Positions 9,269-17,775 of a stretch of 64,000 bases of DNA are shown in pieces. The stretch's first letter is position 1; each line of letters starts with the position of its first letter. A program made the translations under genes and the position numbers. The DNA comes from Longimicrobiales bacterium (GTDB lineage Bacteria > Gemmatimonadota > Gemmatimonadetes > Longimicrobiales > Gaopeijiaceae): contig OZ241869.1 in NCBI GenBank assembly GCA_965202805.1, positions 3,616,001-3,680,000 of the forward strand, read 5' to 3'. The notes under the pieces were generated by a model. That model did not search any database and was not told the DNA's origin. It saw only the letters and a program-made list of their open reading frames with translations.

Positions 9269-10711
9269 ATGAACGGCTTCGGAGGCTTCGACCTGGCCGT
9301 GCTGGTGGCCTACCTGGCCGCCACCACCGCCTGGGGCGCCTGGCTGGGCCGCCGCCAGCGGGGCGGGGCGGACTATTTCCTGGGGAACCGCAGGCTGCCC
9401 TGGGGGGCGGTGCTCCTGTCGGTGGTGGCCACCGAGACCAGCACGCTGACGTTTCTCTCCATCCCCGGGGTCGCGTACCTGGGCACCCTGGGCTTCCTGC
9501 AGCTCACCTTCGGATACCTGGCCGGCCGGGTGGTGGTCGCCTCCCTGCTGCTGCCCGCATACTACCGCGGCGAGCTCAAGACAGCCTACGCCCTCCTGGG
9601 CGCCCGCTTCGGCAGCGGGGTGCGGCGCCTCACCTCGGCGATCTTCATGGTCACCCGGCTCCTCGCCGACTCCGTGCGCCTCTTCGCCACCGCGATCCCG
9701 CTCGCGCTGGTCACCGACTGGCCCTACCCGCTCTCCATCCTGGTGATCGGGGCGCTCACGGTGGTCTACACCTACTTCGGCGGCATCAAGGCGGTCGTCT
9801 GGGTGGATGCCGTGCAGATGGCGCTCTACCTGGTGGGGGCGGCCATCGCGGTCGTGGTCCTGCAGGGTCTAGTCGATGGGGGATGGGGGGCGATCCTGGC
9901 CCAGGCGGGAGCGGCGGGCAAGCTCAGCATCGTGGACCTCTCGCTCGACTTCTCGGTGCCCTACACCCTGTGGGCGGGACTGCTGGGCGGCGGGTTCCTG
10001 GCGATGGCGTCCCACGGCACCGACCAGCTCATCGTGCAGCGGCTGCTCACCTGCAAGGACCTGGCGGCCAGCCGCAGGGCGCTCATCGGGAGCGGCGTGG
10101 CGGTCGTCGGCCAGTTCGCCGTCTTCCTGCTGGTGGGGCTCGGCCTCTGGGCCTTCTACGAGAACCGCGCCTTCGACGCCTCCGACGAGATCTTCGCGCG
10201 CTTCATCGTCGAGGAGCTTCCCGCCGGCGTGACCGGACTTCTGATCGCGGGCGTGTTCGCGGCGGCGATGTCGTCGCTCTCCTCCTCCATCAACTCGCTG
10301 GCGTCCTCCTCCGCCTACGACTTCTGGGCCCCCGCCCGCGGCATCGACGACGACGCGCGCATCCTGCGGGCCGGCAAGCTCTTCACCCTGATGTGGGCCG
10401 GGTTGCTGGTCGGAGGCGCGATCCTCTTCATCCCGCTGAGCACGGGCACCAGCGCGGTGGAGGTTGCCCTGGCCGTCGCCTCCCTGGTGTACGGCGGGCT
10501 GCTGGGGGCCTTCGCGCTGGGGGTGTTGTCGCGCCGCGCCACTGCGGGGGGAACGGCGGCGGGCATGGTGACCGGCATCGGCGCGGTTACGGCCATCTGG
10601 ATCCTCGCGCCGGACCGCGTGGCGTGGCCCTGGTTCGTGCTCATCGGGACGGCGATCACCGCGGCGGTGGGGATGGCGCTGGGCAGGGCGCGGACAGCCG
10701 ACAGCGCCTGA
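9269..10711 (+). CDS. Sodium:solute symporter (SSS family)
   Basis: Many TM segments; DYFLG, SVVATETSTLTF, GGIKAVVWVD, DQLIVQRLL, AAAMSSLSSSINSLAS. Start ATG 9269 (alternative 9200). Confidence 0.9.
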   Translation: MNGFGGFDLAVLVAYLAATTAWGAWLGRRQRGGADYFLGNRRLPWGAVLLSVVATETSTLTFLSIPGVAYLGTLGFLQLTFGYLAGRVVVASLLLPAYYRGELKTAYALLGARFGSGVRRLTSAIFMVTRLLADSVRLFATAIPLALVTDWPYPLSILVIGALTVVYTYFGGIKAVVWVDAVQMALYLVGAAIAVVVLQGLVDGGWGAILAQAGAAGKLSIVDLSLDFSVPYTLWAGLLGGGFLAMASHGTDQLIVQRLLTCKDLAASRRALIGSGVAVVGQFAVFLLVGLGLWAFYENRAFDASDEIFARFIVEELPAGVTGLLIAGVFAAAMSSLSSSINSLASSSAYDFWAPARGIDDDARILRAGKLFTLMWAGLLVGGAILFIPLSTGTSAVEVALAVASLVYGGLLGAFALGVLSRRATAGGTAAGMVTGIGAVTAIWILAPDRVAWPWFVLIGTAITAAVGMALGRARTADSA

Positions 10712-10739
10712 TGCGAACCCCAGCCATCGATCCACCCCC

Positions 10740-11657
10740 GTGACAGCCCCCCTGGTCGCGGGCGTCGACGGGGGCGGCACCCGCACCGGCGTCCTGCTGC
10801 TCGCCCGCGACGGCACGACCGCCGGCCGGGCGGAAGGCCCCGCCGCCCTGGTGCGCCCCGACCACCCCGCCGCCGCCGCCCGCGTGGTCGCCGACACCGT
10901 GCGTCGCGCCGCCGCCGCGGCCGGGGCCGCCCTCCCGCTCCCCGCCCTGTGGGCCGGCCTGGCCGGCGCCGGCCGACCGAGCGTGCGCCGCGACCTGGAA
11001 GCGGCCCTGCGGGACGAACAGATCGCCCGCACCGTGCGAGTCGGCACGGACGTGCAGGCGGCCTTCCACGACGCCTTCGGGGCCGGCCCGGGCGTGGTGG
11101 TGGTGGCCGGCACCGGCTCGGTCGTGCTGGGGGCTGCGCAAGACGGCCGCCGCCTGCAGGTCGGCGGTTGGGGCGGGGTGATGGGCGACGAAGGAAGCGG
11201 CTACCACGTCGGTGTGTCGGCCCTGCGGGCGGTCGCGCGCGCCGCCGACGGCCGCGCCCCCCCGACCGCCCTCACCGCCGCCGTCCTCGACCACCTGGGC
11301 CTCGCCCGCCCACGCGACCTGCCCGCCTGGGCCGAATCCGCCGCCAAGGCCGACATCGCCGCCCTCGCGCCCCTCGCGATCCGCACCGCCCGCTCCGGCG
11401 ACGCCGCCGCGCAGACCATCGTCCGGCGCGCCCTGGACGCCCTCGGCGATCAACTCTCCGCCGCCATCCGCCAACTCTTCCCGTCCGCGTCAGACACCCC
11501 ACCTCCCGTCGCTCTCGCCGGCGGCCTCATCGCCCCGGACGGCCCGTTGCGCGACGATCTGGAGCACCTCGTCGCCTCGGCCGGCGGCCGTCTGCTGCCG
11601 CGCACCGTCACCCCCGAGCGCGGCGCCGCCCGCCTGGCGATCACCCTCCTGGACTGA
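10740..11657 (+). CDS. BadF/BadG/BcrA/BcrD-type N-acetylglucosamine/N-acetylmuramate kinase (MurK-like)
   Basis: GVDGGGTRT, AGTGS, GGWGGVMGDEGSG motifs; located in an amino-sugar locus. Confidence 0.85.
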   Translation: MTAPLVAGVDGGGTRTGVLLLARDGTTAGRAEGPAALVRPDHPAAAARVVADTVRRAAAAAGAALPLPALWAGLAGAGRPSVRRDLEAALRDEQIARTVRVGTDVQAAFHDAFGAGPGVVVVAGTGSVVLGAAQDGRRLQVGGWGGVMGDEGSGYHVGVSALRAVARAADGRAPPTALTAAVLDHLGLARPRDLPAWAESAAKADIAALAPLAIRTARSGDAAAQTIVRRALDALGDQLSAAIRQLFPSASDTPPPVALAGGLIAPDGPLRDDLEHLVASAGGRLLPRTVTPERGAARLAITLLD

Positions 11658-11980
11658 CCACCCACGACACCCGCATCCTGCCATTTGGGCAGACTCTTCC
11701 CCGTACCTCGCCCGGATCCGCCCTGCTCTGGCGGTACCCGGTTACCTGCGGACGCCGCTCCTTCGGCTGACTCCATTGAAGCGGTGCCCGAGGTACCCAC
11801 GGACTACGGACTCTCGGGATAGGCGTCCGGGTCGGTCCAGGACCGCAGAAAGGGTCGTCCCATCCCGCCATTCTTCCGCCCGCCGCCCCCGGCGATCGTT
11901 CCCCGCAGAAGACCGAAGGTCCGGCGTCGCGGCCCCGATGCCACCCTTCGCCGCCCTTTCCTGCCGGGGACCCGCCCACC

Positions 11981-13018
11981 ATGCCAGGTAAGCGCGAGCC
12001 ACCCACCCGACCGAAGCACGACGCGTCCTACAAGAACTTCTTCACCCACCCGCGCACCATCGCCGACACACTGCGCGCGGTGGCCGGTGACCTCAGCCGA
12101 CACCTCGACTTCACCACCCTGGAACGCATGCCCGCCAGCTTCGTCACCGAGCACCTCAGCCAGCGGCACACTGACATGCTCTGGCGCATCGAAACCACCC
12201 AGGGCGGCTGGGCCTACATCCTGATCCTGCTGGAGTTCCAATCCACGATCGACCGCCGGATGGCCCTGCGAATGTCGGACTACACGACCACCATCTGGAT
12301 GCGGCTCGGCAAGGAGGATCTGGGACCGCGCGGCGAATACCCCTTTGTGCTGCCCATCGTCATCTACAACGGAGAACGGCGTTGGACCGCGCCAACGGAC
12401 ATCGGCGATCTGTTCGGGCCGGTGCCCGGCGAACTGCTTGGGTACCGTCCCCGCCACCGGTATCTTCTCATTGAGATCCAGTCGGAGGACCCGGCCTCGC
12501 TTCCGCCGAGCAACGTGCTCGCGATGATTGCAAGGTGCGAGCAGGCTCCCACGGCGGACCTGCTTGAGGAACTGCTCGGCCCGCTGTGGGCCTGGCTGGA
12601 CACCATTGGGGAACCGGAATTGACCGGGGCCTTCCGAAAATGGATCGGCTTGGCGGTGGCACGGCGGTTCGGTGAAGCTGGCAGGGAACTTGAACGCAAG
12701 GTCATGGAAGAGGAGAAAGGAGCGATGACGCTGTTGGAACGGGCCCGGGAGTGGGGCAAGGAGTACGACCGGCAATGGATGGAGAAGCTGGAGAAGGGCG
12801 TCGCGAGAGGCATAGCGCGGGAGCGGCAAGCATCGATCGAGCGCGAGCGCGAGCTGGTTCACCGGATGGTCACCCGCAAGTTCGGTCCCGGCACCTCCGA
12901 ACAGCTCCGCGCCATACTCGATCACATCTCCGATCCGGACGATATCGCACCCATCGCCGACGCGGTGATCGAATGTGAGACCGCCGAGGAGTTCCTGGAG
13001 CGGGTGCGGGGGGACTGA
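11981..13018 (+). CDS. Rpn family recombination-promoting nuclease / YhgA-like putative transposase
   Basis: HDASYKNFF, SFV...RHTDMLWRI, YILILLEFQSTIDRRMALRM, LPIVIYNGERRW (PD-(D/E)XK-like core); charged C-terminal helix and RKFG tail. Confidence 0.9.
   Translation: MPGKREPPTRPKHDASYKNFFTHPRTIADTLRAVAGDLSRHLDFTTLERMPASFVTEHLSQRHTDMLWRIETTQGGWAYILILLEFQSTIDRRMALRMSDYTTTIWMRLGKEDLGPRGEYPFVLPIVIYNGERRWTAPTDIGDLFGPVPGELLGYRPRHRYLLIEIQSEDPASLPPSNVLAMIARCEQAPTADLLEELLGPLWAWLDTIGEPELTGAFRKWIGLAVARRFGEAGRELERKVMEEEKGAMTLLERAREWGKEYDRQWMEKLEKGVARGIARERQASIERERELVHRMVTRKFGPGTSEQLRAILDHISDPDDIAPIADAVIECETAEEFLERVRGD
12725..13018 (+). CDS. Putative intragenic small protein (RpnS-like antitoxin), in frame with Rpn
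   Basis: Purine-rich GAAGAGGAGAAAGGAGCG immediately before in-frame ATG 12725, giving 97 aa (MTLLERAREWGKEY...). Confidence 0.6.
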   Translation: MTLLERAREWGKEYDRQWMEKLEKGVARGIARERQASIERERELVHRMVTRKFGPGTSEQLRAILDHISDPDDIAPIADAVIECETAEEFLERVRGD

Positions 13019-13250
13019 TCACCGGATCCCCCTCTCCGACCGACAGAATCGGAATGCGCCGAGTCCGGGTCCGCAGCCCCGGATCCCCCTCCGCGCGGTC
13101 CACCCTCGAGCAGCCCCCGCGGAAGCTTGACCTGCTCACCCGGTAGCGGTCTATTCCCGCCATGATCAAACCGTATTGCCCGTCCGCCGGGGCTTCCCCC
13201 GCCGGGCGGGATTCGCGGTTGGAGCGGCCGCACCTTCCTCTTCGGGCCTC

Positions 13251-15788
13251 GTGACCTCCACTCCCGCGCTCGCTCCTCCCGACGCACACCGTCCGGTTGC
13301 GCCTCCGATTCGCGTGATGAAGTTCGGGGGGACCTCGGTCGGAAGCGCCGCGCGCATCCGGCGCGTCGTCGCCCTCGTCGCCGATGCCCGGGCCGACTCC
13401 ACCCCTGTGGTGGTCGTCTCCGCGGTGCACGGAACGACGGACCGGCTGGTCGAGGTCGCCGAACTTGCGGGACGGGGGGACGCTGGACACGCGTCGGTGA
13501 CGCGGGAGATCGCGGAGACGCACCGGGAGCTCCTCCACGCGCTCGCTCCGGCCGACGAAGCGCCGGGCCTCGCCCTTCGCCTCGATGCGGCGATGGAGGA
13601 CCTCGGGCGCCTCGCACGCGGAGTCCAGCTTCTCGGCGAGTGCACCCTCAGGACGCGCGACTGGATGCTCTCCTTCGGCGAACTCCTCTCCTCGATGCTC
13701 GTCGCCGCCTGCATGCGCTCCCACGGGATCGCCGCCGTCGACGTGGACGCAAGGGAGCTTCTCCGCACCGACACCCGCTTCGGCGCGGCGCGGGTGGATC
13801 GGCAGAGGTCGCGGGAGCTGGTGCGCGCGCGGCTTCCCGGAGACGCCGGAATCCCGGTCGTCACCGGGTTCATCGCCTCGACGGCGAAAGGGGAGACGAC
13901 CACCCTGGGCCGGGGCGCGTCCGACTACACGGCCACCCTTCTCGGCTCGATGCTGGGCGCGGCGGAGGTCGAGATCTGGACGGACGTGGACGGGGTGCTC
14001 ACCGCGGATCCGCGGGCCGTGCCCGAAGCCGCCCCGGCGCGCGAGATCACCTACGCGGAGCTCCTCGAGCTCGCCCACTTCGGCGCGCAGGTGATCTGCC
14101 CTCCGGCGGTGGAGCCTGCCCGGAGCGCCGGGATCCGGCTGAGGATCCGCAGCACCCTCGATCCTTCCCTCCCGGGGACGCTGGTCGTGACTTCGGTTCA
14201 GCGGGACCCCCTTCGGCCGGTGCGCGGGATTTCCGCGACCAGGGACGTGGCGCTGATCCGGCTCGCCGGGGTCGAGACGGTCGGCGTTACGGAGGCCTCG
14301 CAACGGATCTTCCGTGCGCTCCGGGTCGCCGACGTGGATTCGCTTCTCTTCACGCAGGACTCGGGCGCGCACGCCTTGTCCCTCGCGGTCAGGGGTGCCG
14401 ACGCGGAGCGGGCGCGGGCCGCTCTGGGGGCCGAGTTCCGGAGGGAGCGGGAGTCGCGGCTCGTGCGCGACCCGACCGTCGAACAGGGGTTTTCGATTCT
14501 CGCGGTCGTGGGAGAGGGCATGCGGTACACGCCCGGCGTGTCCGGGAAACTCTTCTCGGCCCTGGGAGCCGCGAGGGTCAATGTGCATGCCATCGCCCAG
14601 GGATCCTCCGAGCGCAACATCTCATGGGTCGTGAACGCAGGGCAGGAGGGCGTCGCGCTCCGCACCGTCCACCGCGCCTTCTTCAGCCCGCCGGACGAAC
14701 TCGAGCCCGTCCGCATCCTGGTCCTGGGGACGGGGGGCGTCGGCGGAGCCTTCCTCGACCAACTCGCGGCAAATGGGGATGACGCGATGCGGCCGCACGG
14801 GATCCAGCCCGTCCTGGTCGGGATCTCGGACAGCCGGAAGGCCGCAACCGACCTCGAGGGCCTGGTGGCAGGCGGATGGCGCGCGCACCTGGAAGAGGGC
14901 TGCGGCGACCCCGCCCGGGCCTTCGAGGCCGTCTGGACGGGCGACCCGCTGGTCGTCGTCGACTGCACCGCGAGCGCGGCCGTCTCGGCGAGGTACGCGG
15001 AGTACCTCCGGGCCGGCGCCGCCGTGGTCACGGCGAACAAGATTCCTCTCTCCGGGCCGATCGAGGAGCATGCAACGCTCATGCGCCTCGCCGCGCGCGG
15101 GGGCGGCCTCCACCACGGGACGACCGTCGGGGCCGGCCTGCCGATGGTGCGGAGCATCGCCGAGCTCGCGCGGAGCGGCGACGCCGTCACCTCACTCGAC
15201 GGGACGCTGTCGGGCACCCTCACCTTCCTGATGGACGAACTGCACCGAGGGCGCCGGTTCAGCTCGGCAGTTGAGGAAGCCCGGCAGAGGGGGATCTCCG
15301 AGCCGGATCCGAGGGAGGACCTGGGCCTCAGGGACGTAGTCCGAAAACTCGTCATCCTCGCGCGGACGGCGGGGATGCGCATGGAACCCTCCGATGTGGA
15401 GGTCGAACCGATTCTCCCGGAGCGCCTCCTCCGTCCCGGCCCGGTCGGGGAGTTCATCAAGCGGCTCTCCGGGCTCGACGCCGAAATGGCGGAGCGGGCC
15501 CGGGCGGCGGCGGCGCAAGGGGGGCGGCTCGTCTGCCGGGCGCGGGTGGCGCCGGGCGCGGCCTCCGTCCGCCTCGAGGTGGTGCCCGCGGAGCAGCCCG
15601 TCGCGCGAACCCGCGGAACCGAGAACCTCCTCGTCATCCGCTCCCGATGGTACGCCGATCACCCCATCGTGATTCAGGGCCCAGGAGCCGGGCCCGAAGT
15701 CACGGCGGCCGGCCTCATGACCGACCTGGTGGCGGCCGCCGGGCGGGTCGCCAACCGGGCCGGACAGGGTCGGCGGCGGGCTTCCTGA
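13251..15788 (+). CDS. thrA: Bifunctional aspartokinase/homoserine dehydrogenase (ThrA/MetL type)
   Basis: KFGGTSV, TTTLGRGASDYTA, WTDVDGVLTADPR, ACT domains (AIAQGSSERNIS), GTGGVG, VVTANK, TVGAGLP, GPGAGPEVTAAG. Start uncertain (13251 GTG or 13317 ATG). Confidence 0.88.
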   Translation: MTSTPALAPPDAHRPVAPPIRVMKFGGTSVGSAARIRRVVALVADARADSTPVVVVSAVHGTTDRLVEVAELAGRGDAGHASVTREIAETHRELLHALAPADEAPGLALRLDAAMEDLGRLARGVQLLGECTLRTRDWMLSFGELLSSMLVAACMRSHGIAAVDVDARELLRTDTRFGAARVDRQRSRELVRARLPGDAGIPVVTGFIASTAKGETTTLGRGASDYTATLLGSMLGAAEVEIWTDVDGVLTADPRAVPEAAPAREITYAELLELAHFGAQVICPPAVEPARSAGIRLRIRSTLDPSLPGTLVVTSVQRDPLRPVRGISATRDVALIRLAGVETVGVTEASQRIFRALRVADVDSLLFTQDSGAHALSLAVRGADAERARAALGAEFRRERESRLVRDPTVEQGFSILAVVGEGMRYTPGVSGKLFSALGAARVNVHAIAQGSSERNISWVVNAGQEGVALRTVHRAFFSPPDELEPVRILVLGTGGVGGAFLDQLAANGDDAMRPHGIQPVLVGISDSRKAATDLEGLVAGGWRAHLEEGCGDPARAFEAVWTGDPLVVVDCTASAAVSARYAEYLRAGAAVVTANKIPLSGPIEEHATLMRLAARGGGLHHGTTVGAGLPMVRSIAELARSGDAVTSLDGTLSGTLTFLMDELHRGRRFSSAVEEARQRGISEPDPREDLGLRDVVRKLVILARTAGMRMEPSDVEVEPILPERLLRPGPVGEFIKRLSGLDAEMAERARAAAAQGGRLVCRARVAPGAASVRLEVVPAEQPVARTRGTENLLVIRSRWYADHPIVIQGPGAGPEVTAAGLMTDLVAAAGRVANRAGQGRRRAS

Positions 15789-15819
15789 CCCCGGGCTGCA
15801 TCCCGCGCCTCCGACGACC

Positions 15820-15917
15820 TGACAAAATGGCAGACTCGTCGTCTCGCCCTATCTCCCGCGCTCTGCCATTCTGGCATGCACAACGCCCGTAACCTGTTGC
15901 TGTATGACATTTTGTCA
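15820..15917. promoter_or_regulatory. Three palindromic TG(A/C)CA-N3-TG(G/T)CA sites (putative activator/enhancer sites)
   Basis: TGACAAAATGGCA (15820), TGCCATTCTGGCA (15864), TGACATTTTGTCA (15905). Confidence 0.65.
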
Positions 15918-15927
15918 GACTTGCAAG

Positions 15928-15942
15928 TGGCACGCTCCCTGC
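15928..15942 (+). promoter_or_regulatory. Sigma-54 (-24/-12) promoter of hsp20
   Basis: TGGCAC-GCTCC-CTGC matches the TGGCAC-N5-TTGC consensus with correct GG/GC spacing. Confidence 0.7.
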
Positions 15943-16032
15943 CCTGTCCAAGCCCGAACGCGCATACCGGTTCGGGCATCAGGAAGCCCGGCAACGCGAA
16001 TTCGGTCACAAGAGACTCAATGGAGGAAACAC

Positions 16033-16482
16033 ATGACGACCATCGCCAAGTATCGTTCGCTCTCGCCCTCGCAGGTGCTGCGGGCCTTCAACTCCGCCTT
16101 TCCGGGCGGCTCGGCCTTCCCCTTCGGGGCCTTCATCAACACGGACTGGGTCCCGCCGGTCAACGTCGCGGAGACGGCGGACTCGATCCTCGTGACCACG
16201 GAACTCCCGGGCGTGTCGCCCGACGACGTCGAGATCCAGGTCGAGGAGAACGTGCTCACGATCCGCGGCGAGAAGCATGAGGAGCGCGAGGAGAAGGATG
16301 CCGAGCGCCACATGCACATCTCCGAGCGGATCACGGGAAGCTTCAGCCGCTCCTTCACCCTGCCGCGCAAGGTGGACGTCGAGGGCATCGACGCCGACTT
16401 CGGCAACGGGGTGCTCAAGGTCAGCGTCCCCAAGGCGCCGGAGACCCGCGCCCGCAGGATCGAGGTGAAGGCGCGCGCCTGA
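16033..16482 (+). CDS. Hsp20/alpha-crystallin small heat-shock protein
   Basis: WVPPVNVAET, ELPGV, LTIRGEK, ERITGSFSRSFTLP, ADFGNGVLKVSVPK; SD GGAGG before ATG 16033. Confidence 0.95.
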   Translation: MTTIAKYRSLSPSQVLRAFNSAFPGGSAFPFGAFINTDWVPPVNVAETADSILVTTELPGVSPDDVEIQVEENVLTIRGEKHEEREEKDAERHMHISERITGSFSRSFTLPRKVDVEGIDADFGNGVLKVSVPKAPETRARRIEVKARA

Positions 16483-16539
16483 CCTTCCGCAGGGCGGAGG
16501 CGCGCCGGGCCGCGGCGCCTCGCAACCGCAGGACCGAAT

Positions 16540-16568
16540 CGGATCCGGCTTCGGCCGGGTCCGTTTTT
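16540..16568 (+). terminator. Intrinsic terminator after hsp20
   Basis: CGGATCCGGC-TTCG-GCCGGGTCCG stem-loop followed by TTTTT. Confidence 0.8.
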
Positions 16569-16600
16569 CGTGCGCTCGATTCCGCCGCGACGGCTGCCCA

Positions 16601-16731
16601 CGTACTACCATGTTTGATGGCATCCCGCGGGATGCTAACTTGGTGGCGACGTTTCTCTGTTCCCGCGCGCGCGGGAGCGCGTCCTCGATTCCCGGTTCCG
16701 CCGGCGCCCGTCACCCGAAACGAACTCGCGC
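16601..16731 (+). promoter_or_regulatory. Putative trpS leader: -10 element, Trp-Trp uORF start and alternative hairpins
   Basis: TACCAT 16606-16611; ATG 16617; TGGTGG 16641-16646; palindromes at 16620-16635 and 16661-16676. Confidence 0.45.
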
Positions 16732-17775
16732 ATGACCCATGCCAGCACCCGGCCCCCGCCGGGATCGCGCGTCTTCAGCGGAATGCAGCCCAGCGGCGAA
16801 GCCCACCTCGGCAACTACCTGGGTGCGCTGCGCCAGTGGGCGGCCATGCAGGAAGACTACGACTGCATCTACTGCATCGTGGACCAGCACGCCATCACGG
16901 GCCCCTACGAGCCCGGAGCGCTCCCCGGGGCGGTCTTCGATCTCGCGATCAGCTTTCTGGCCTCGGGCCTCGATCCCGAGCGCTCCATCATCTTCGTGCA
17001 GTCCGATGTCCCCGAGCACACCGAGCTGAGCTGGCTCTTCAACTCGGTGGCGCCCATCGGCGACCTGGAGCGCATGATCCAGTTCAAGGAGAAATCCGAG
17101 CGCATGGAGTCGGTGCCGGTCGGTCTCCTCAACTACCCCGTGCTGCAGGCGGCGGACATCCTCATCTACCGCGCCGACGTGGTGCCCGTGGGGGAGGACC
17201 AGCGCCAGCACCTCGAGCTGACCCGGGACATCGCGCGCAAATGGAACGCCCGCTTCGGCAAGTACCTTCCGGAGCCGCAGCCCTACATTCCGCGCGCGGG
17301 CCGCATCGTGGGGCTGGATGGCCGGTCCAAGATGAGCAAGTCGCTCGGCAACACGGTCGGCATCCTCGACGAACCCGACGAGATCCGCAAGCGCGTGCGC
17401 ACCGCAGTGACCGACCCCGCGCGCATCCGCAAGACCGATCCCGGGCGCCCTGAGGTCTGCAACGTCTATTCGCTGCACGAACATTTTGCGGACGGCGAGC
17501 GGCTCGACGACATCGCACACCAGTGCCGGACGGCGCAGCGCGGGTGCGTCCAGTGCAAGGGCATGCTGGCCGAGGAGATCGACGAGGCCTTCGCCCCGAT
17601 GCGGGAGGTGGCCGCGCACTATCGCGCGCACCCTGAGGAGGTGCTCCGGATTCTCGACGATGGAGCACGGAGAGCCGGAGCCATCGCCCGGGAGACCATG
17701 GCGGAAGTCCGGTCGCGCATGGGGCTCGACTGGCAGCGCAAAGCCCGAGCATTGACGGAGGAGGTGGAGTCATGA
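16732..17775 (+). CDS. trpS: Tryptophan--tRNA ligase
   Basis: FSGMQPSG, HLGNY (HIGH), YPVLQAADIL, VPVGEDQRQHLE, KMSKS. Confidence 0.97.
   Translation: MTHASTRPPPGSRVFSGMQPSGEAHLGNYLGALRQWAAMQEDYDCIYCIVDQHAITGPYEPGALPGAVFDLAISFLASGLDPERSIIFVQSDVPEHTELSWLFNSVAPIGDLERMIQFKEKSERMESVPVGLLNYPVLQAADILIYRADVVPVGEDQRQHLELTRDIARKWNARFGKYLPEPQPYIPRAGRIVGLDGRSKMSKSLGNTVGILDEPDEIRKRVRTAVTDPARIRKTDPGRPEVCNVYSLHEHFADGERLDDIAHQCRTAQRGCVQCKGMLAEEIDEAFAPMREVAAHYRAHPEEVLRILDDGARRAGAIARETMAEVRSRMGLDWQRKARALTEEVES

Noticed and set aside
3907..9270. 1787-aa minus-strand ORF
   Set aside because: Antisense shadow of the two GH3 genes; expected in high-GC3 DNA and has no recognisable motifs.
11981..13018. Rpn gene as an IS element
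   Set aside because: No terminal inverted repeats or clear target duplication; the family is not shown to transpose.
16610..16735. Alternative 41-aa uORF ending on the trpS start (ATGA)
   Set aside because: Its ATG lies inside the proposed -10 hexamer and it has no Trp codons; it would matter only if the TSS is further upstream.
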